DNA of 64,000 nucleotides from Parcubacteria bacterium C7867-008 (GTDB lineage Bacteria; Patescibacteriota; Minisyncoccia; Phycocordibacterales; Phycocordibacteraceae): NCBI GenBank assembly GCA_001189215.1, contig LFCR01000004.1, positions 22,153 to 86,152 of the forward strand, read 5' to 3'. Shown piece by piece: positions 9,567 to 18,640 of this stretch (position 1 is its first letter; each line of letters starts with the position of its first letter). The notes under the pieces were generated by a model. It saw only the letters and a program-made list of their open reading frames with translations, ran no database searches and was not told where the DNA came from. The position numbers and the translations under genes were made by a program.

Positions 9567-10835
9567 ATGCTAGATATTAATTTCATCCGCGAGAATGCTG
9601 ATGTGGTAAAGGCGGGTGCTGCAAAGAAGCGTCTAGAAGTGGATATAGACCGCCTCCTATCTCTTGATAGCGAGCGTAAAATACTCCGTGCAAAGCTCGA
9701 TGACAGCAAGGCAGAGCAGAATCGTATGAGTGCAACGATTGCTAAAGCGGAGGGTGACGAACGTACCCAGTACATCGAGCGCATGCGTTCTCTTAAAGAT
9801 GGTATGGCAGAAACAGAGACACTGTACGCTGCAATTCTTGAAGAATGGCAGAAGATCATGCTTACGGTGCCAAACATCCCAGACATGACGGTACCAGAAG
9901 GAACAGATGATGCAGACAATCAGGAAGTTCGTACCTGGGGCGAGATACCATCTTTTGCATTCGCACCCAAAGATCATATTGAACTCATGACCGCGAACGG
10001 TATGGCGGACTTTGAACGTGGCGCAAAGGTAGCTGGCTTCCGTGGCTACTTCCTTAAGGGTGATGGTGTCCTCCTTGCGAACGCTGTCTCACAGCTCGCA
10101 CTCTCTCACTTCATGACCAAAGGATTTGATCCAATGATCGTGCCTAGTTTGGTCCGTCGAGAGACATTTATGGGTACTGGGTATCTTCCTCAAGGGGAAG
10201 ATGATCTCTATAAGACGCAAGATGGTGAATATCTCGCAGGTACCGGTGAAGTAGCAGCGATGGGGTACTACATGGATGAGGTGCTCGATGGTACTGAACT
10301 TCCAAAGAAGATGCTTGCGTACTCACCCTGTTTCCGTCGTGAAGCAGGAAGTCACAGTAAGGATACTAAGGGACTTATTCGTGTGCACGAGTTCTTCAAG
10401 TGGGAACAGATTGTTCTTGCAGAAGCCTCACACGAAGGATCGGTACAGCTGCACGAAGAGATCACTGCTAATTCGGAAGAGTTCATGCAGAAGCTTGGAA
10501 TTCCGTATCACGTTGTGGTGAACTGTGGCGGAGATCTCGGTCTTGGACAGGTGAAGAAGTATGACATTGAAGCATGGATGCCATCACAACAGGCATACCG
10601 TGAGACACACTCAGCATCGTACTTCCACGACTTCCAGACCCGCCGCCTCAATATCCGCTATCGTGATGCAGAAGGGAAGATGCAGTTCGCCCACTCACTC
10701 AACAACACGGCGGTAGCGATGCCCCGTGTGCTAACTATGATCGTTGAGAATTATCAACAAGAAGATGGCACTATCTGTGTGCCAGAAGCACTTGTCCCGT
10801 ATGTCGGAAAGGAAATCCTGGGACGTCGTTCGTAA
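9567..10835 (+). CDS. serS: seryl-tRNA synthetase
   Basis: N-terminal coiled-coil arm plus class II core motifs. 422 aa. Confidence 0.9.
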   Translation: MLDINFIRENADVVKAGAAKKRLEVDIDRLLSLDSERKILRAKLDDSKAEQNRMSATIAKAEGDERTQYIERMRSLKDGMAETETLYAAILEEWQKIMLTVPNIPDMTVPEGTDDADNQEVRTWGEIPSFAFAPKDHIELMTANGMADFERGAKVAGFRGYFLKGDGVLLANAVSQLALSHFMTKGFDPMIVPSLVRRETFMGTGYLPQGEDDLYKTQDGEYLAGTGEVAAMGYYMDEVLDGTELPKKMLAYSPCFRREAGSHSKDTKGLIRVHEFFKWEQIVLAEASHEGSVQLHEEITANSEEFMQKLGIPYHVVVNCGGDLGLGQVKKYDIEAWMPSQQAYRETHSASYFHDFQTRRLNIRYRDAEGKMQFAHSLNNTAVAMPRVLTMIVENYQQEDGTICVPEALVPYVGKEILGRRS

Positions 10836-11748
10836 GCCAGTAAAGCCAACAGGACATCCTGTTGCAACGCATGCACCGACTGCTTCTAGTGGTCCCCGCA
10901 GAACGCAGCCAGCACGACGTGCACCATCACGCCCTCTTAAAGAACAACGTAAGAAACAACGAAGAGTATTTCTGATCGTGCTAGGAACGATCATTGGTGT
11001 GTTGCTTGCTGCATTTATTTATATTGCGTGGCTACCAGCGCTACGAGTGAATGCCTTTGAAGTACAAGGTTCAGAACAGGTGGGTATGCGTGCGAGTGCT
11101 GAGCGTGCTGTGCAAGGTATCCACTGGTATGGCCTACCTCGTAATTCTATTTTTGTATTGCCTGAGTCTGATATTAGAAATCAGATACTTCTAGACTATC
11201 CAGCTATCAGTGCTGTATCTCTAAAACCTGCATCACTCAACACCATCACCCTTACGGTTACTCCACGCGTGTCCGGATTCATTTGGTGTGGTATCTCCGT
11301 AGACGCACCACCTGCAGATGGACTGTGTTTTGATACCGATTCAGAAGGATTAATCTTTGGTGCAGCAACCTATACGCAAACATCTGCGAGTTCCTCGCTT
11401 CGCATCTTCGCTCCCTTAGATCGTGAACTAACGGATGGCTCACCGGTTGGCGCACATGTTGTTAACTCACACCAAATACCTGACGCATTACGCTTTGTTA
11501 AAGCAGTACGTGGTCTTGGTGCACCCGTATCAGTACTCGCCATTAAGCAAGATGAAGCAGACCTCTACCTACAAGGACCAACACACATTCGCTACGTACT
11601 TGGACGCGAGGAACAAGCAATACAACTTGCGGTAAGTGTCTTTCCAACACTCTCTTTAACTGATCACACTATTGAATATATTGATCTTCGTTTTGTGGGT
11701 GAACCAGGACAGCCGGGAAAGGTATACGTGAAAAGATTCGGAGAATAA
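10801..11748 (+). CDS. ftsQ: FtsQ/DivIB-like cell division protein (basic N-terminus, TM, POTRA)
   Basis: Basic cytoplasmic N-terminus, a single TM helix, then a POTRA-like RVNAFEVQG...ITLTVTPR region. The ATG at 10801 was chosen, overlapping the serS end by 35 nt. The 10744 and 10765 starts are alternatives. Confidence 0.6.
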   Translation: MSERKSWDVVRKPVKPTGHPVATHAPTASSGPRRTQPARRAPSRPLKEQRKKQRRVFLIVLGTIIGVLLAAFIYIAWLPALRVNAFEVQGSEQVGMRASAERAVQGIHWYGLPRNSIFVLPESDIRNQILLDYPAISAVSLKPASLNTITLTVTPRVSGFIWCGISVDAPPADGLCFDTDSEGLIFGAATYTQTSASSSLRIFAPLDRELTDGSPVGAHVVNSHQIPDALRFVKAVRGLGAPVSVLAIKQDEADLYLQGPTHIRYVLGREEQAIQLAVSVFPTLSLTDHTIEYIDLRFVGEPGQPGKVYVKRFGE

Positions 11749-11762
11749 GGTACCGTGCCCGT

Positions 11763-12752
11763 ATGGACTCATTCTGGAAGCATCTTCCGAAGCCATTCTT
11801 TGCACTAGCGCCTATGGCGGATGTGACAGACCCTGCTTACCGTCGCCTTATTGCAGACTATGGTGTCCCTCACGTAACCTGGACAGAATTTGTCTCGGCA
11901 GATGGCCTGTATCACACCCGAGAAAAGAAGGGCATGAAGGATGAAGAGAATCCTTTGGTACGTGACCTTCAATACTCAGAAGCTGAGAGACCAATCGTTG
12001 CGCAGATATTTGGAAGTAACCCAGAGACAATTGCATATGCATCAGAGCTCGCTGCAACGCTTGGTTTTGATGGTGTGGATATAAACATGGGATGCCCGGA
12101 TCGATCAATCGAGAAACAAGGTGCTGGTGCTGCCATGATTAAAAATCCTGAATTGGTTAAACCCATTGTTGAAGCTGCACGACGTGGTGCAGCACGTGGA
12201 AAGGAAGGTGGTATCCCTGTCTCACTTAAAACTCGTATTGGGTATCATCAGGAAACTATGGATACGTGGCTTCCGGTAGTTCTGGCTAGTAAGCCAGATG
12301 CACTCACGGTCCATCTTCGTACTCGTAAAGAAATGTCCAAGGTTGATGCACACTGGGAACTGATGGCACGTGCAGTTGCGCTGCGTAATGAGCATAGTCC
12401 GGATACCATCATTCTTGGCAACGGGGACGTGAAAGATTTAGATGATGCGCGCTTAAAAGCAGCACTGTCTGGAGCAGACGGTATTATGCTTGGTCGTGCA
12501 ATATTTGGTTCACCTTGGCTTTTCACTGACCGTAAACCCAATGACATATCTCCTACAGAACGCATTGAAGCACTTCGTACCTTTGCACAGTATTTTAGTG
12601 AGTTACGTCCCACAAAGTCCTTCCATCTCCTTAAGAAACACATCAAATCATTTATAGCGGGGTGGGATGGTGCAGCACAACTTCGCGGAATTCTTATGGA
12701 AGCAAGTACTCAAGAAGAACTGGATAGTATTCTCGCTGCTCTAAAGCCGTAA
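11763..12752 (+). CDS. dus: tRNA-dihydrouridine synthase
   Basis: FALAPMADVTD and NMGCP FMN-binding TIM-barrel motifs. Confidence 0.85.
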   Translation: MDSFWKHLPKPFFALAPMADVTDPAYRRLIADYGVPHVTWTEFVSADGLYHTREKKGMKDEENPLVRDLQYSEAERPIVAQIFGSNPETIAYASELAATLGFDGVDINMGCPDRSIEKQGAGAAMIKNPELVKPIVEAARRGAARGKEGGIPVSLKTRIGYHQETMDTWLPVVLASKPDALTVHLRTRKEMSKVDAHWELMARAVALRNEHSPDTIILGNGDVKDLDDARLKAALSGADGIMLGRAIFGSPWLFTDRKPNDISPTERIEALRTFAQYFSELRPTKSFHLLKKHIKSFIAGWDGAAQLRGILMEASTQEELDSILAALKP

Positions 12753-12768
12753 TGGTACACTTGCTCTA

Positions 12769-13803
12769 ATGGCGCATCAGTCTTTGTACCGCAAATACCG
12801 TCCCCATACGTTTAAGGATGTTGTTGGGCAGGATCAAGTAATTGCTCCCTTACAGGCTCAAATAGAAGGGAAATCAGTAGGTCATGCGTACGTCTTTGCA
12901 GGATCGCGTGGACTTGGAAAGACCTCCATTGCACGTATCTTTGCGCGAGAACTTGGCACAAAAGATTCTGATCTGTATGAGATCGATGCCGCATCAAATA
13001 ACAGTGTGGATGACATACGTGCTCTCACAGAAAACGTATACACACTTCCTTTTGCGTCTCCATACAAGGTATATATTCTGGACGAGGCACACATGTTGTC
13101 TAAAGGTGCATGGAATGCCTTTCTAAAGACCCTTGAAGAACCACCTGCACATGCACTATTCATACTTGCCACTACCGAACTAGAGAAGGTACCAGAGACC
13201 GTACAGTCTCGTTGTCAGGTATTTCAACTACGTAAGCCATCACGTGCAGGTCTTGCCGCACTTGTTACTGATATAGCAAAGAGGGAGGGATACACCATTG
13301 AACCTGCAGCCGCAGATCTCCTCTCACTTATGGGGGATGGTTCGTATCGTGATGCACTTTCCATGCTCGAGAAGACCCTTGCGTCAGCAACTGGCAAGAA
13401 GCTCGCTCTTGAGGAAACAGAGCACGCTACCGGAGCGCCTAAACATACTCTCATTCACGCATTGATAAATGCACTATCTCAAGGAGATACAGAAGCTGCA
13501 CTCACCACTATCTCAAGTGCTGTTACGGCAGAGGTTAGTATGCAGTTGTATCTGACTCTAGTTCTTGAACGTATACGTCTTATTCTGCTCGTTAGACACG
13601 CGACAGATATGCGTACTTCAATTAAAGAAGAGCAAGGTTCTGAAGAATATGCAGATATTGAAAAGATTGCTTCTGCAAAAGATTCACATCTTACCCATCA
13701 AACGCTTCGAATCTTTATAGATGCCGCTGCACGCATGCGATTCTCTCCTATCCCACAGCTCCCGCTCGAGCTTGCGGTGCTTGAAGCACTAACCAAAGAT
13801 TAA
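12769..13803 (+). CDS. dnaX: DNA polymerase III subunit gamma/tau (short form)
   Basis: YRKYRP...GQ, Walker A GSRGLGKTS, Walker B ILDEAHML. Only 344 aa. Confidence 0.85.
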   Translation: MAHQSLYRKYRPHTFKDVVGQDQVIAPLQAQIEGKSVGHAYVFAGSRGLGKTSIARIFARELGTKDSDLYEIDAASNNSVDDIRALTENVYTLPFASPYKVYILDEAHMLSKGAWNAFLKTLEEPPAHALFILATTELEKVPETVQSRCQVFQLRKPSRAGLAALVTDIAKREGYTIEPAAADLLSLMGDGSYRDALSMLEKTLASATGKKLALEETEHATGAPKHTLIHALINALSQGDTEAALTTISSAVTAEVSMQLYLTLVLERIRLILLVRHATDMRTSIKEEQGSEEYADIEKIASAKDSHLTHQTLRIFIDAAARMRFSPIPQLPLELAVLEALTKD

Positions 13804-14087
13804 GACCTTGCAAGAAGGTTTCCACTTCCGCGAATACTCTGCACGTCCACGAGTTCACGTGGAGTGATTTCATAGTTCGCCTGCACATATCGCAAGTCGT
13901 GACGAAGCTCACGAGCAATAGTGCGTTCTTTTTCCGATACCAATTCAGACTCGCAGTTATTAAGAGCTTCTTCAAGAAATCCCATCATGGTTGCAAGGAA
14001 GGCAAAGTAATCACCCGTCTTTATATGAAAATCAATATGCTGTGGTGAATCATTCAGGATGAGTGTGGTGGTTGAGGTACTGTACAT
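13800..14087 (-). CDS. hypothetical protein (95 aa)
   Basis: ORF convergent with dnaX, with stop codons overlapping. No clear RBS. It has an ARELRHDLRY segment but no family assignment. Confidence 0.35.
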   Translation of the reverse strand: MYSTSTTTLILNDSPQHIDFHIKTGDYFAFLATMMGFLEEALNNCESELVSEKERTIARELRHDLRYVQANYEITPRELVDVQSIRGSGNLLARS

Positions 14088-14203
14088 ACTCTTAGTCTAC
14101 GTATGTTCAGTGCAAGTTGGGAAGTATTGCTGGGGAAAACTCTCCCTAGTCTTTATCATTCCTTGCTTGCTCAGGCTCCATCTTCCGTGCATGATAGTTT
14201 CAT

Positions 14204-14274
14204 TGGGAGATCGTCTAATGGTAGGACAGCGGCCTTTGAAGCCGTGAATCTAGGTTCGATCCCTAGTCTCCCAG
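14204..14274 (+). tRNA. tRNA-Gln (anticodon TTG), U1:A72 acceptor
   Basis: TGGGAGA...GTCT-AATGGTA-GGAC...GCGGC-CTTTGAA-GCCGT...CTAGG-TTCGATC-CCTAG-TCTCCCA-G. The U1-A72 pair is typical of bacterial tRNA-Gln. Confidence 0.85.
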
Positions 14275-14296
14275 CAATATTTGCTATCATTTATAT

Positions 14297-14668
14297 ATGA
14301 GCAACTCTGTTAAACTTGGCCCAATTATAATTGGAGTACGAAGTATTGAAGAAGCGAAAGGGTTTTATGTAAATGTTTTTGGAATAAATATTAAAGAAGA
14401 AAGCGCAAATTACCTAAGCGCAAATCTTGGCGGTACACATATTGAGCTAGAGGAAGATTCTGAGAACCGTTTTCCAAATTGGGCAAAGAATAATATTGGT
14501 ACTTATAAAAATAGTGAGTTTATAGTCTCTGACATACATTCCTTTGTTCAAGAAGTAGTCAAAAATGGAGGAAAGGTAATAAGTGGTCCTCTTACACGAC
14601 CTTGGGGAAGTATTACTGCTGAGATTGCTGACATAGACGGAAATATCTTTTTGATCAGTCAGCATTAA
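14297..14668 (+). CDS. VOC (glyoxalase/bleomycin-resistance) family protein
   Basis: 123 aa with a betaalphabetabetabeta-module-like pattern (GPIIIGVRSIEEAKGFY...GGTHIELEE...). Strikingly AT-rich relative to its neighbours. Confidence 0.55.
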   Translation: MSNSVKLGPIIIGVRSIEEAKGFYVNVFGINIKEESANYLSANLGGTHIELEEDSENRFPNWAKNNIGTYKNSEFIVSDIHSFVQEVVKNGGKVISGPLTRPWGSITAEIADIDGNIFLISQH

Positions 14669-14707
14669 AGAGAAACCCACCGAAATGGGCTCTCCATCCG
14701 ATGGGTT

Positions 14708-14953
14708 CTATAACGGGAGCTCCGGAAGATTGATCTCGCTCACGAGGAGGTACAATCCATCAAATTCCTCCCCTTTGGCAAGGATGGGTACTGCTGTTTG
14801 ATCACGGTGGTCATAGACCATCGTGCACCCTTCGCCGACGGTGATGGCCATCCCAACCCCTAGATGCTTGCCGGTCCGGCCAAGCAAGGAAGAATTCGGA
14901 CCAGTCTTCTCAAACGTTCGAGTATCTTGCGGGAGAGTAATTTCTCTGGGCAT
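14708..14953 (-). CDS. hypothetical protein (81 aa)
   Basis: Its ATG abuts full repeat copy R1, with GAGAAGGA upstream. Confidence 0.45.
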   Translation of the reverse strand: MPREITLPQDTRTFEKTGPNSSLLGRTGKHLGVGMAITVGEGCTMVYDHRDQTAVPILAKGEEFDGLYLLVSEINLPELPL

Positions 14954-14974
14954 TCACGATGTCCTTCTCACAAC

Positions 14975-15032
14975 CTAGACAGAACGCACCACATGTTGCA
15001 GAAGGGTTCCAACATCGTCCCAGACTGCCAGC
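14975..15032 (+). repeat. island repeat R1 (full 58 bp copy)
   Basis: ctagacagaacgcaccacatgttgcagaagggttccaacatcgtcccagactgccagc. Confidence 0.8.
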
Positions 15033-15109
15033 TCGACATCTCATTTTCATATGGTATTTTCCTACTGGAGCTGAGGCTCTTTTGGACCACAGAAAATAGG
15101 AGATATCCC

Positions 15110-15757
15110 ATGGTTGCGACCATGCACGACCGCCGTGTTGCTATAGCTACAGGCACCGCTCGCGTAGATCCATCAAAGCTGGGTGCAGATTACTGGGCGT
15201 TCATCATCCGGCACGCCGCCAGCCGACTTACTATGGACTATCTGCATGGTCTGCAATCGATCGAGCAGATCATAAAGTCGGACGATCAACCCTATGAACG
15301 GTCATACGACCCGTCAGTCTTTCGTATTCCGTTTGATGCCCGTACGAAGGGTATCGTGTGCGCCCGTCTGAAGGATCTGCCTGTTGACGTCGCGAGCTGG
15401 CCTCAAATACCAGCAGACCCAGGCCACGATGCTTTCTATCAGACAGCGACCGAATCAGTCCTTGTTCTTGAACGGCAGCGCAAGGGTTTCGATTTCTGGC
15501 TGCTCAGATCCGAGTGGGAACTCATGGGTCCGGAGGAGATTCGCCCCTGGCTGCGCGGCCGTTCGCTTCATGCGCGGAAGGTAGATTTGGAAGAGATTCT
15601 CCAGGACAATACAGAGCTCGCCTCAAACATATTGTTCACCCTCCTCCGTGCTCAAGAAGAAACGACCGCACGGCTTACGGAAAGATCTCGAGTCTCCCTG
15701 GAACGGGCGTTCGAACTGAAAAATGTTCTGCACGCCACCGGTCATCCAGTGCGCTAG
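15110..15757 (+). CDS. hypothetical protein (215 aa)
   Basis: AGGAGA RBS plus ATG, 78 nt downstream of R1. GC-rich. Followed by a GGGCCG/CGGCCC hairpin. Confidence 0.55.
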   Translation: MVATMHDRRVAIATGTARVDPSKLGADYWAFIIRHAASRLTMDYLHGLQSIEQIIKSDDQPYERSYDPSVFRIPFDARTKGIVCARLKDLPVDVASWPQIPADPGHDAFYQTATESVLVLERQRKGFDFWLLRSEWELMGPEEIRPWLRGRSLHARKVDLEEILQDNTELASNILFTLLRAQEETTARLTERSRVSLERAFELKNVLHATGHPVR

Positions 15758-15799
15758 TTTACGGGCCGTGCCATTAAGGTGCGGCCCAACTCATATCAC

Positions 15800-15830
15800 A
15801 AAGGTTCCAACATCGTCCCAGACTGCCAGC
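15800..15830 (+). repeat. island repeat R2 (right-half copy)
   Basis: aaaggttccaacatcgtcccagactgccagc, lying between convergent gene ends. Confidence 0.8.
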
Positions 15831-15845
15831 AACGAAATAGGAAAA

Positions 15846-15865
15846 GCGACGGTGTTTGCCGTCGC
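15846..15865. terminator. hairpin gcgacgg-tgttt-ccgtcgc, with U-run on the minus strand
   Basis: Perfect 7 bp stem directly downstream of the minus-strand gene 15875..16249. Confidence 0.55.
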
Positions 15866-15874
15866 CTCATCTCC

Positions 15875-16249
15875 TTAGTGCTTTGGAACAATCTGAACAG
15901 CGTCCGCTTCCTTCAGGTGTTTCAGAAAGTGCGTCATCCCATCCCGTACACCAGCGTTCCAGAAGTCGGCGAAGAATACTTCCGCGTCTGTACACATGGC
16001 AGCGAAGTCGTCACCTTTGATCTGAAGATCGTTCAGATCGCAGCGAGTCACCGCCTGAGCTTGAACGAAAAGGCGGACCCCACCATTCCAGCTGTCCTGC
16101 AGGACATGAATTGTATTCTTGCCGTCCTTCAGCAAGGTCAGTCCCTTGATCCTGAGACTGGGCTCGTATACGCCTTCGTAGAGACTTCTCGGGCTATATA
16201 TCGCCCCTTCCGTCTTCGCGAGTTCACGCACGTTGTCTTGGTAGCTCAT
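15875..16249 (-). CDS. hypothetical protein (124 aa)
   Basis: GGGAGGT RBS plus ATG abutting full repeat R3. Terminator after the stop. The overlapping plus-strand ORF 15779..16270 is judged spurious. Confidence 0.55.
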   Translation of the reverse strand: MSYQDNVRELAKTEGAIYSPRSLYEGVYEPSLRIKGLTLLKDGKNTIHVLQDSWNGGVRLFVQAQAVTRCDLNDLQIKGDDFAAMCTDAEVFFADFWNAGVRDGMTHFLKHLKEADAVQIVPKH

Positions 16250-16266
16250 GGATACCTCCCAAATGT

Positions 16267-16324
16267 CTAGACAGAACGTACCATATGTTGCAGAAAGGTT
16301 CCAACATCGTCCCAGACAGCCAGC
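16267..16324 (+). repeat. island repeat R3 (full copy; begins with the perfect palindrome TGTCTAGACA)
   Basis: ctagacagaacgtaccatatgttgcagaaaggttccaacatcgtcccagacagccagc. Confidence 0.8.
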
Positions 16325-16349
16325 TCGAATATAGTGCTAAAATACACAT

Positions 16350-16652
16350 ATGACACCGTGGCTCTCTCAAATCCGCATCAGTGCGGACTTCATGGAAAAA
16401 GAAATCTCAGAAGTGGAACCTTCCGAAGAAATCAAAAGTGAAGTTATAGCGATCTGTCAGAGCATTTCACATATCCTCGACAAACAAGGAGTCGAAGCCG
16501 ATCAGAACGACTTGCTAGAGGCGCTTCAACCGGATCTTGACCGCACGGATGTGCTGATTCAGAAACTCGATTCGCTCCCTGAAAAAAAGATTGCATGGTT
16601 GCTTCTCATAACTCACACGGGAGATATCCTTCACGCGCTTAAGAGTAGGTAA
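16350..16652 (+). CDS. hypothetical acidic protein (100 aa)
   Basis: ORF 26 nt downstream of R3. No strong RBS. Confidence 0.4.
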   Translation: MTPWLSQIRISADFMEKEISEVEPSEEIKSEVIAICQSISHILDKQGVEADQNDLLEALQPDLDRTDVLIQKLDSLPEKKIAWLLLITHTGDILHALKSR

Positions 16653-16662
16653 GGTGCATCAT

Positions 16663-16690
16663 GGTTCCAATATCGTCCCAGATAGCCAGC
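16663..16690 (+). repeat. island repeat R4 (right-half copy, 3 substitutions)
   Basis: ggttccaatatcgtcccagatagccagc. Confidence 0.75.
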
Positions 16691-16746
16691 ACTCATTTAT
16701 CCACCCTCTAAATTTTGAAGACCTGTGAGCGTGCTTAACTTCAGGT

Positions 16747-17043
16747 ATGAATTCGAACTATTCGTGGAATAAAATTGCAGGCTGGTTACTTATCATTTTT
16801 GGCATTGGATTACTTCCGTATTATTTTCTTATTAAGCACAGCGTAACTTCGGGACTGTTACTTCCATTCTTGTTTGGTTACGTGCTGTACTTCGTTTTCT
16901 TAGGATTTGTAGCCAAGAATCCACGCCTGACTATGAAATCTAAGAATGGTGATGTGGTGTTGGTAAAGAGTGAGATAGGACAAAATCTGATTTCCGCGAC
17001 AGCACTCATTCTAGGAATTCTGGGAGCATTCTTTGTGCTGTAA
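16747..17043 (+). CDS. hypothetical integral membrane protein (98 aa, 3 TM)
   Basis: Hydrophobic profile. Confidence 0.5.
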   Translation: MNSNYSWNKIAGWLLIIFGIGLLPYYFLIKHSVTSGLLLPFLFGYVLYFVFLGFVAKNPRLTMKSKNGDVVLVKSEIGQNLISATALILGILGAFFVL

Positions 17044-17050
17044 CAGATAT

Positions 17051-17081
17051 AAAGGTTCCAACATCGTCCCAGACAGCCAGC
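17051..17081 (+). repeat. island repeat R5 (right-half copy)
   Basis: aaaggttccaacatcgtcccagacagccagc. Confidence 0.8.
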
Positions 17082-17088
17082 AAACAAA

Positions 17089-17111
17089 ACACCCCCTCAG
17101 GAAGGGGGTGT
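17089..17111. terminator. hairpin acaccccct-cagga-agggggtgt (bidirectional; overlaps the stop of the minus-strand gene)
   Basis: Perfect 9 bp stem. The minus strand is followed by TTTGTTTG. Confidence 0.6.
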
Positions 17112-17672
17112 GAATTCAAAATTTCCTTCGAATTCGAGTATCGTGATAAGAAAATCGCAGAATTGAGCATTGAACTCAAGCATGCTGGCGATGGTCTTCT
17201 GTCCATTTGAGAGAAAAGGGATTGTTTCCGCAGTTCTTTGACAAGTTGCGGCGCCGGTGCGATCACTCTGCGAGCAACGCTTGAGAACCTCAATGATCGC
17301 GGAGTAGTTCTCATCGATAATCAGAAACATCATCTGAACAAGTCCACGCACCTGATCGAAAATCCTCCTGTACTCATCTTCTGTTGAGATCTTGATAAGC
17401 CGTAGCGACTGACTATCTTCCTCGATCTGTGACAGTAAGTCGTTTATAGTGCCTGGCGATTGACTGGGGTCGCCAGACCACGCCTTTTCTTCGCGGAGTT
17501 TTTCTTCTAGGAATTTCGGGTCTGACAGCTGTTGAACCTCGATCCCCATTTCCTGAAGACTCATACTGGCAACGCCAAGCTGTCGTTCGCAGATGCTTTT
17601 CAGCATATCCAAAACGACCAACTTACTAAATCTGGGATTGGTGCCGAAAACCGAATCCATAGAAGCTTCCAC
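17097..17672 (-). CDS. hypothetical acidic protein (191 aa)
   Basis: ORF with its stop inside the terminator hairpin. No motifs recognised. Confidence 0.55.
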   Translation of the reverse strand: MEASMDSVFGTNPRFSKLVVLDMLKSICERQLGVASMSLQEMGIEVQQLSDPKFLEEKLREEKAWSGDPSQSPGTINDLLSQIEEDSQSLRLIKISTEDEYRRIFDQVRGLVQMMFLIIDENYSAIIEVLKRCSQSDRTGAATCQRTAETIPFLSNGQKTIASMLEFNAQFCDFLITILEFEGNFEFTPPS

Positions 17673-17756
17673 AACGTCTCCGATTCTAAAAGAGCTTACC
17701 GCAGAATCACATTTTTATTGAAAATTGTCGATATTAGATAGGGACTCAGGATAAGT

Positions 17757-17788
17757 AAAAGGTTCCAACATCGTCCCAGACTGCCAGT
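17757..17788 (+). repeat. island repeat R6 (right-half copy)
   Basis: aaaaggttccaacatcgtcccagactgccagt. Confidence 0.8.
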
Positions 17789-17823
17789 AAAATTATCTAA
17801 AGATTTTCTGATACAGTAGAGCG

Positions 17824-18114
17824 ATGAGCCGCGTCACAATCGTTGCTATTGTTTCCGCCTTCTGTTTTTTATGTGGAGTAGCTGCCACGGTATATGGACC
17901 CTATGAACAGTCCACGCACGGCGGTTTAATATTTGGAGTTTTGGGTATATCCTGCGTCTTTTTAGGCTTACTTCAGATCTGGTCTGAGCGATTAAAACTT
18001 GGTCAAATACTGATGCTGATTCCAGGCTTTAAAAGCTCGTCATATACATTAATCGGTTTAGGATCTATCTGTATCGGTATAGGAGTGACTGAGATACTTC
18101 TGGTACTTGCCTGA
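17824..18114 (+). CDS. hypothetical integral membrane protein (96 aa)
   Basis: 3 predicted TM helices. Confidence 0.5.
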   Translation: MSRVTIVAIVSAFCFLCGVAATVYGPYEQSTHGGLIFGVLGISCVFLGLLQIWSERLKLGQILMLIPGFKSSSYTLIGLGSICIGIGVTEILLVLA

Positions 18115-18127
18115 ATATAAAAGTTCA

Positions 18128-18159
18128 AATATCGTCCAGGATTGCCAGCATCCAAATTT
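18128..18159 (+). repeat. island repeat R7 (degenerate right-half copy)
   Basis: aaaagttcaaatatcgtccaggattgccagc. Confidence 0.6.
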
Positions 18160-18220
18160 ATAAACAGAAAACAACCGCCTGTGAGAAGCTGGTGGGCGTT
18201 CTCCGAGGCGGGCGTCTTTG

Positions 18221-18622
18221 TCAGGCTGGTTTTTGTAGGTGAACCCCAATGAGGCCCAGTTCATGATTGTCCTTGCCGACATCTTCGAAATCGAAGTCGC
18301 CGGGCACAATGGTCATGACTTCCTGGATTCGGGCTGCGATTGCAGGGAACTGCTTTTGTTCCCCAAACACGACAATAAACGTTGGACCCACCCAGACACG
18401 CTCAATGCCTGCGGTGCCATCGAGCCCTTTGAACAATTCAGGGATTTTCTCACCCTGCCCGTGGAGATATCTCGAGTAGCCGCGAAGAAACTTACCGTCT
18501 CTGAACGAAGCCGTCACTACTTCCCAGACCATTGGAATCTTGTAGACAGGGTCGACGATCTGGAATGCTAGGCGGATACCGCCTGTGCCTTCCGCTCTGC
18601 CGTATAGAACTAATGGTTTCAT
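18221..18622 (-). CDS. hypothetical protein (133 aa)
   Basis: AGGAAGGAAGG RBS plus ATG abutting the degenerate full repeat R8. Confidence 0.55.
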   Translation of the reverse strand: MKPLVLYGRAEGTGGIRLAFQIVDPVYKIPMVWEVVTASFRDGKFLRGYSRYLHGQGEKIPELFKGLDGTAGIERVWVGPTFIVVFGEQKQFPAIAARIQEVMTIVPGDFDFEDVGKDNHELGLIGVHLQKPA

Positions 18623-18640
18623 GTTCGAACCTTCCTTCCT

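Noticed and set aside
13800-14087. HepT/HEPN toxin call for the 95 aa protein (ARELRHDLRY)
   Set aside because: The motif spacing does not fit RxxxxHxY, and there is no adjacent MNT-type antitoxin.
14059-14300. Track ORFs 14059..14247 and 14103..14300
   Set aside because: They overlap tRNA-Gln.
15779-16270. Plus-strand ORF of 163 aa spanning repeat R2
   Set aside because: The overlapping minus-strand ORF has a strong RBS, abuts repeat R3 like the other minus genes, and has its own terminator. The plus ORF's first 15 codons are just the repeat translated.
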